Assembly: GCA_043228905.1 (NCBI GenBank)
Contig: JBHGNT010000014.1
Location: 18,910,001 to 18,974,000 of the forward strand
Length of the DNA stretch: 64,000 nucleotides
Reading direction: 5' to 3'
Source of the DNA: Azolla caroliniana
Taxonomy: Eukaryota; Plantae; Polypodiophyta
How positions within the stretch are numbered: the first letter of the stretch is position 1; every line of letters starts with the position of its first letter. A program made the translations under genes and the position numbers. This document shows positions 41,101-50,100 of the stretch, piece by piece. Below the pieces are notes generated by a model that saw only the letters and a list, made by a program, of their open reading frames with translations, did not search any database and was not told the DNA's origin.

Positions 41101-44100
41101 CCTATCTCACCTACAAAGCCTCTACAGACAGCATGAGCAATCCATGTAAACAACCTCAGTGCAGGAAGCCCCCAGCTTTGATGGCCATTCATATATACTT
41201 CTTATCATGCTAGGCCTAGACTTGTATACTAGGTCAAGGATACATGCAGACACAAACAAGGATGGCAAAACAGCGGAGGTCTTTCTTCAGTGAGTAAAAA
41301 CATAAGTTGTTATTATTGAAGGCATATGCAACCAAAATTTCTATTAATTTCCAGAAAATATTACACACTGCCAAAAACTTTATTAATTTCCAGAAAATAT
41401 TACACCCTGCAAACATTTCTTTCAAAAAATGATGTGTCTATAATCACCAGAGACGGGAAATTCAACATCGCCCATCACGTACATTACAAAGCTCCAACTT
41501 TCAAGGGAAACAACCTGTGGTGATTTAAAACAGTTTTATCAAATTTATCATTTAAAACAATACACATTATTATCTAAGTGCAAATCTGTTACTTAATAGA
41601 TACATAGATATCATGGTGTCTCCATTAACATTGTAATCATTTAAGGAGTGTACAATAGCTCTAACCTATAAAAATCAGCATTCAAATCAAACCTCTTCTT
41701 CTTTTTAAGTTGTAGCAGAAGAAATAGAGTTGTAATTTTGAAATTTAGACAAAATATTGGAAGAAAAGAAAGAAAAATATATAATGTCTTTTAAGAGGCC
41801 AAAATGACCTACGAGACTCAACACCAGATTACATCTGAAAACGTTGTCTCATCTTGGAGAACAATAAACCAAAATAAACATAGGTAAAGTAGCAAAACTG
41901 CCTAAAATACCAGATATTCCCATTAGATAAGACAGTAAAGTCCCAACTTGTGACTTACGTGAACTTCTGCCTTTGAAATATCTCCAACATGGGCAATCCA
42001 AGATGGACAGTTCTCCAAAGCAAGCACTTAGAGTGGTGCCTTCACTTGTCGAAAATAAGGGTGACAGAGCTACGGTCCAGATGGCATGGCCTATGTGCAC
42101 AACAGCATGCTCTTTCCCAATATAAAGTAACTTCTGTTGAATGTGCCACTATCATGATTGGTCACACATTGACCAAGTCGTATGCATCCATACATGAGCA
42201 TGACTTGAGCAGATGGCCATAGCATGGGAGTCATCAAGCCGATGGATAGGCATGATTCAGAAGATTCTCTACTTTGGATCATATATTTGCATTAAGAGCT
42301 ATCAATGAGGAGGGTAGAGCCCATAACAAGACATATTTACTGTTGTTCTGTGCAAGGTTTTTGACACAGTTCATGATAAAAGAATTGATTAGTAGATTAC
42401 AGGATTGGGGAGTTCGTCGGGAACTCCAGAAGCGGATCATCACACTTTGTCAGAAAATAGTTGGCAGAGTAGGAATTGAGCAGGGATAAAATCTGACTTA
42501 TTGAAGTAAGTCAGGAATGCATGCTCCATCCGACATTCTTTGGACTCTATGGGGATGACATCTCTGATTATCTTGTGAGATGACTGGATAGAGGTATTCA
42601 GTTTGCAAGTCCTGGGCTACCAATTCTCTCAATGCAGAGGATACTGTGTGTATAGCAGGTCCTGGGATACCTATTCTCTAAATGTAGAGAATACTGTGTG
42701 TATATCAGACTCTCCCGAGGGATTTTAGCACTACTTCAATACAATTTGGACTGAGACCTATCAAAGAAGTTCACCTTGAATACAATAACTTAATAAGGGC
42801 CAATTAGCATATGCCTTACCCTGCCCTTTGTGACTCCAATACTGGATATGTTCCAGCAACCATACCTGACAGAGATTAATTTTCACAGGGTAATGGAGAC
42901 ACCATCCAGCCCAAGCCAGCCATCCAGCCATATAGATTCTCCGTGTCAAAACATAAATTGACTGGATATTATTTAACATTGTAAAGGAGACAGCTACTTT
43001 TATAAATTGATCAATAACACAACTTCTCCCTAGCCCTGAGACAATAAAGATAGTTTCAATTTTAAGGCCATTTAGAACAGCAGAATACACATACAAATTT
43101 CCTCAGATACCTGAAATAGTGTGAGAAATGATAAAGGAAATATGTCAAAAGCCAGAGCTCCATAAGCAGGGTTTGCACCTTTCTTCACATGCACCAAAAA
43201 TTGAAGTTTAGTTCAATGTTGAATTATAATTTCCACCATCTATAATCAAACTGAAACTTAAATGTTGAGATTTTTTTTAAAAGTAAGTTTTGAAATAGAA
43301 CAGCCATTTGTAATACCATAACAGCCTATATGATCATCCGGATATATTAAGAAAATATGGTATATGAGCAATATTGCTAACCGTCCTAGGCATAAAGCTA
43401 GGTACAGGATATGTACTGAATTCATGTAAGCTTTTGTCATTCAGACCAACTTTAATTTCCTTTCTCATATTGAAAGTTTGGTTTTACCAAAAAATAAACA
43501 TTTCTAGCTAGTATATCCATGATCCTATGAAAAGGAAAATGATAGCATTGAATGAAGATGTCCATCCACCAGCTCCCAATCCTATGACAGGTTGCCAACA
43601 TTACATATTAATACATCCAGATTCCTCTAGTGTCTGTTCCTGAACACCTCTTCATAAAGGACATCCTTTGCCAACCAATAGTTGATCCGACCACTAGGTG
43701 ATGTATTCCATCAGATAATGCAGCTGTGCAATTAGGAAGCTAGCTGTGTTTGCTTATCGGACTCCTTGCATGCTAGGCTACCAATTTGGTGAGATTATAC
43801 AACTAAACTGTATAATGACAGTGTGGGCCAAACTAGAGACCCGTGTTGTATGTGCCTAGCAGTAAGGTTGAGTGGGCCATATAGCAAGAAAACCTTGTTC
43901 GAACTGAAAATATCCCATTACATGTATCCATTTATCACTAATCATTAGAACTTTACATCATTGACACATTTATCCAATCCCTCTGAATTCCCAATTACAA
44001 AGATTACGCCACATTAAAAAAACATTATACCACATAACTTTACATGCAAAACAGATCCATACCTTGCAAACTTGATTGCTAGGGCATCTAAATCCTCTAT

Positions 44101-47100
44101 CACTGAAGTGTGAACAATACGTAACAGGATAGGACTTTTGTAAATCACTTTTCCTTAGACACCTACAGAAAAGAAATAGAATTTTTTTTCCCAGGAACAA
44201 GTTTAATAAATCCTATTGTCCAATAACCTTATTTTTATGTGAAACTTTTGAATTCCCTTATAATGGAGAACCAAAAGAAAATGACTAAAAATTGCACCAA
44301 ATGTTAGAATTAAATATAAATACCAACGTATATCATATGATATGAACCCAGTCTACTATTGTTCTTATATCAATATGTAGTTTCTTGCACCTAGCTTCAA
44401 TACAACCCTATTACGTCAAGCACTGTCTAATGTGGTGATGATTTACAATCCTATTTCTTCACATGTGTTTTCTTACAATCAAGTATGCTTCAGATCCAAC
44501 ATAGCACTAGAAAGGTGGGAAACTATTTATACAGATCCTATGTTTCAATATCTATGATAATACAGCATCTAAAATGATGCTTACAAGTATCAAGTCGATA
44601 AAACCATTTCTACTGTTATTTCAACTCTAAACATGAAACAAAAATTCATCTCTCTGGTTTAACGCATGTAGATTTTAACACGAGTACTGTACATAACTTT
44701 ATATAATTTTACAGAAAATTCTACCTGTATGCAAGATCAGAACCAAAGAACTGGAGCCCTACAAGTCCGTAAAAGAAAAGTAGTACAACTGAAAGCAGCA
44801 ACACATCCTCCAATGGCTCCATGCTCCTATGAATGGCTTCAAAAATAGCCTAAAATATGACGGTAATTTAAGAGATCTGATTAAGAACATCAAAGCCTAT
44901 AAAAAGAAAGAACATCAACAAGTATTAAAACACAAAGTCAAAGTCCTATTAGTGCCCACACGCAATATCGTCCAGGGAATACATATGAATGGCATCAGGA
45001 CAGGGAGATTGCAGGGCTGGATGAACCTACAATATGGAGATGTGATATTCAGGTGTAGACCAATCTCCTTCCCCTTGTACTATAAAATGTGTATCTTAAG
45101 GGATCCACATTTTATGGATGACAGTTCAGTGAGGAAATTTTGATGCATTTGAAAGGGTTGAGAAGTTTCTCCAAACCAGCTGGTATTATGAAACCTCCTA
45201 TTTGCAAAAACTAATCCAGGAAATAAAGGGCTTATGACATGTATTTACCCACCAAAATGAGAAAAGAAACGCATATTGAGCTCCCTGCTCAGTAGATGCA
45301 GTAGAGGTGACAAGATAAATTCTTCTTGGACATTCTCTGGCTTCTGCTAAACGACATAGCACCAATAATGAATACTTGAGAGGTACAAAATGCACCTCAT
45401 GACAACATTTTCACGTCACTTTGCATGGGACAAGGAAATATTATGTTCTTGTTCCGACCAGATATGTGCATCCATGATATCAGTGTTTCCCACTAGAAAG
45501 ATCTTAAGCAGTTATTGAATTTTGAACTCTTTTCTTTTCTCTTGCAAGTTTTGGCTTTGATGTTAATATTCTTCTTCAGGAAAGTGGCTAATAGGCAGCA
45601 GAGAATAGATTATTTGCTAGTTGGTGAGTTAGATCATGAAGACAAAAAGCATAATGATTTTATGGTGGTGAATAATTTCAAGCTTTACATAAATTTAAAT
45701 CACTAACTCCTGTAAATGTTTTTGAAACACGGAACAAAAATCCTGGCAGCAGATAGCGTGCTGGAGCTTGGGAGAAAAATTTAGTAGATTAAATCATTTG
45801 TGAACATCAATATATGATGGGCTGGACATAAACTAAAAAACTTCATTATCTCTTCTTTAAACATTTGAATCTTCCATACTTGATTGGTAATCACATCCAA
45901 AGTATTGCACAAGTATACCCAACTCTGAAAAGAAAATAATTTTTCATCTTAACCAAAGGTAAATAAAAAATACTCACTAACACTTGGGTAAAGAAGTCGA
46001 TATCACGTAATGTCAATAAAGCTCGAAACATACGTAATGTTAAGAATCGAAACGAATTGCTTTCATTGAAATAAGACATTGAAATAATATGGGCCCTAAA
46101 AAATGGTGCATCAAGTAGTTAGAAGATTGTGAGTTTACTTAAATCAAGCAAATATACCACCAAGTATGGTTGTTACCAAGAATCAATAACAGACAAAAAA
46201 TCGATTTTATTGAATGAATTCCGTAAGAATGCTTTGGGCCCTTTGTATAGACCCAAGCAAGCAATCCGAAGCCCACACTCTATGCTGCCAAAAGCAAAAG
46301 AAAAACATGATATATAATGAAAAATAAATATTTATATAATGGCATATCCATAATCCAGAACAGAAGAAACCAGCCACATTCTAAAATTAGAAGGAGAAAG
46401 ATAATTGATAGAATTCAATATGTATAAAGATGAAGTTACCTTTATAAAAACAGAAAATTCTAGGTAACAAAGATGTCTTTACAATGACATCTATTAAGAG
46501 ACCAATTTCCAATTACATGATAGATCCCAAAACAATACAAATTTGTAAAAAATCATGACAGTTCCATACCTTAACCACACAATGGGCGAAAGGGATTTTA
46601 TATACAAGTCCTCAAGGGACTGCCACATTAAATGTGGTTAGTGGAATCTACTCAATGATATCCACTCAAGTACAATTCTATCATAAGAATATCTAATATT
46701 CTTTGACCGCATTTACACTTGACAACTAACTAGATATCACAATCTAATTCTTCGTGTAACTAGATAGTTCACACGGATTACAATAAAGTGTGCTCATGCA
46801 CTTTTTCACACATTGTGCTTTCTTCATAAGCACATGTTCACACGAGTTAAGCTTGATTCTCAACATGATATCTCTGTGTTAACCTAGGGTTAGAATCACT
46901 AATCAACGTTTGAGCAATGACCCAGAAAAATGGTCCAAATCCCTCCACAGCAAGGTAGTGAAGCATCCTTGGATGTCATAGTCTGTGCTACAGACTACGT
47001 GGCACGTCTCAGACTCTTGCTCTATTTGGCATATTTGACATATCTTTTTGTCCAAAGGTAATACCTCTATACCTACCTATCTCTATCTCCAGTTGATGTG

Positions 47101-50100
47101 ATGAGGTGTGAATCTGCCCAACTGTGCATCTCAGTTCGTGAAATGAAATGTTCGATCAATATCTTCAAAAGGATTTATCAAGGTGTATTCTTAGTGTTGT
47201 CTACTGTTGAGAATCAAGCTCAACTCGTGTGAACATGTGCTTATGAAGAAAAGCACAATGTGTGAAAAAGTGCGTGAGCACAATTTCTTGTAATCCATGT
47301 GAACTATCTAGTTACATGAAGAACTAGATTGTGATTTCTAGTTGTCAAAGAATACCAAATATTCTTATGACAGAATCATACTCGAGTGCATATCTATGAG
47401 TAGATCCCACCAACCACATTTAATGTGGCAATCCCTTGAGAACTTGTATATAAAACCCCATTGGCCCATTGTGTTTAGTTGATGATCTTTAGTTGATTAA
47501 TGTAACTTTCTCTTCAGTGCATAAGCTGACATCCCCGTACTGTGTTTTTTATTATTTCTAGTTTTTTCTTTAATTTGTTCTCTTGCTCACAAAAGGCATT
47601 GAGCATTTTTTTTCTAGAAAATGGTGTTTAGAAGATAAATTCTCATGAGTTAGCAGATCTTTTATGGTTACTATGTTGTCATCAGAACCGACAAATTCTC
47701 TGAGGCAACCAACATGGAAAATTGGATGAACAAGATCAAGACAATAGGTAGATGAACCAATACTTTTTACGTTTTATGAGTATGGAAAGCCTACAATAGA
47801 GTGGGGCTAATTTAGAACACTTACTCCTAGGTAAGGGTTTAGAATTAAGAGGGTACATGCAAGAAGACTTTTCTGTTAGGGTTAAGAAAATCACTAGTAA
47901 AGACTTGAGTCCAAAATTCGCTAGTAAACATAGAATTTCTATCACTAACTACATCCATCGGTAACCCATAAAACCAAACTAATTCATCAACAAATTAGTA
48001 AGCCAATTCATGAGTTGTTCATGTGCTTTTAGTTGGTATAAACCTGGCTAATTTTACTAGCTGATCGATAGCAATGCATATTGTGCCATGACCTCTTTGT
48101 GCTTGAGGGAAGCTAATAATGAAATATATAGATATACTTCCCCATTTATTATTAGGAATATTTAGGGGTGCAGAAGACCGATAGTATTTGCTGCCCAACC
48201 TAATTCACTTGACATTCCAAACATTTGATTACATAATTTCGCACATTATGATGTAAACATTTGTCGAGATTATGCGTGTTCATTGTATTCCAAGGTGCCC
48301 AAATTTGGTTGTAACATGACACTGGAAAAAAAAAATCCTATTTATGGCATCTTTACCAGATTCAGCTCTCATCCAATATCTTTTAAAGAAAATATCATGA
48401 AGGCATTTTCCTTGAAGTTGATCAAAAAGATCAGATTTTAATTTAGTGAAGTTAAGCATGTTAACCTCATGAATATGACTAAGAGCTTCAACAATTGAGT
48501 TCATTAAACCTTTGCAATAGTGAATGGAAAAGTAAGTCTCGGATGAGATTTGCCCATCAACCTTTAGGACCAACAAGATCATGTTGATCACAAAGTATTT
48601 TAAAGATTGGTGGTTTATTGTGATGACAAACGGTTTCCATACAAATAATGTCTCCAAGTTTAAGTGTATGAATGACTGAAAAAGCTATTTTCCTTGACCT
48701 GAATACCAACATTGAGTAGAATCAAGTTCTCTACACTCAAAGATATGGGTTAAAACTGACTTGGTAAAGAATGGCGCCAATTACATTATCACTAGTATTG
48801 GTTTCAACCTCGAAAGGTCTGGAGGGGTCAAGAAATGTAAGTATAGGAGCATTTTACCTTCTAAAAGTAAACAATGTAATCAAGTGTGAATACTACCTTA
48901 TGTTATACCTTGGTTGTTGAATAACAAATTCGACGGAGAGAGCTTAGCCTCACCGTTTACATATTAGAGTCTTGACAGCATCTCAACATGCTATAATGGA
49001 GGGGGTAGTTAATCCCCTTTATATAGCTCATCATCTAAGGCTCCCAGACCACCATGTGTTCCCATGTGTCAAAGGTCCTTTTGGATTTACCCCAGCTCCT
49101 CGGATAACTGGTTAATCCAGTAAAATAAACTATAGAATTCATCCATAAGGTTATCCCTATAACAGCTTCCCTATCATAGGGCTTACAATAGATCGGGCAA
49201 TAACAATTTGCCATGCACGTAGGACTGGGCCTCATGGACCATGACATCACCACCCTTGTCATCAGACTCTAGATTTCTATGGCATAATAGACCTTTGCTT
49301 GAGAGATTCAACCCAAAACCCAACAATCTCTATCTCTAATTGGTATTCAAAGAAAGAAAGAAGAAAGATATATTAACATCTTTTAAGAGGCTAAATTCGC
49401 CTATAAGACCAAACAAGAGATTACATCTTAAGTGTTGTCTCGTCTTTGAGAACAACAAATCAAAATCAAAATAAATATTACTCAGTAAATATAAAAGTAA
49501 ATAAGATAAAAAGAGACGACGGAATCTGATTTTCGGCACATGTGAGATTCTCAACTTAGATATATTGTAACTTTTGTCTTCGAAAGATCTCTAGCATAGG
49601 TCGATCCAGAATGGAGAGGTCTCCGAAGTGAGGGAAGCACTTGCGATGGCAGGAGATAATGGCCTTTATATGTCGATGACAAGGGTGCTGAGGTCGTCAT
49701 CCATGGGGCCAGCGCCTACTACGTGCACGACAAATTGCTATTGCCCAATCTATTGTAACCCCTTTGTTATGTCCTGGTCGGGAGCCCATTTGTGTATCCC
49801 TTGATTGTCTTGTAGCACTATTTTCCGAATCTACAATAAGGATGCACTTATTCACAATATCTTCTCACAAACCCACACCTATTCCCTACAGTATTAAAAT
49901 TCTACTTTTCTTACTAAAAAGTGCACATCCGTATGTGCAGATCTATTTGGATCCCCCTAGTCCACACGAAAAGTAATATAGCATTTTCTTTCTCATTAGT
50001 GATTTTTCTTATCTTATTATTTACTATGCATCCACAACAAACAGAGTGCACCTGAAATATTTTTCTGAAATCAACAACATTCTCTAACCGATTCCATTCA

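Noticed and set aside
42761-43096. 111-aa ORF as a channel exon
   Set aside because: It has no channel motif. The real exon is 43111-43182, and this region is intron and LINE remnant.
22835-49450. Recurring ~60-bp partly palindromic repeat considered as a CRISPR-like array
   Set aside because: Copies are dispersed, lie on both strands, lack regular spacers and attach to LINE RT sequence. The context is eukaryotic.
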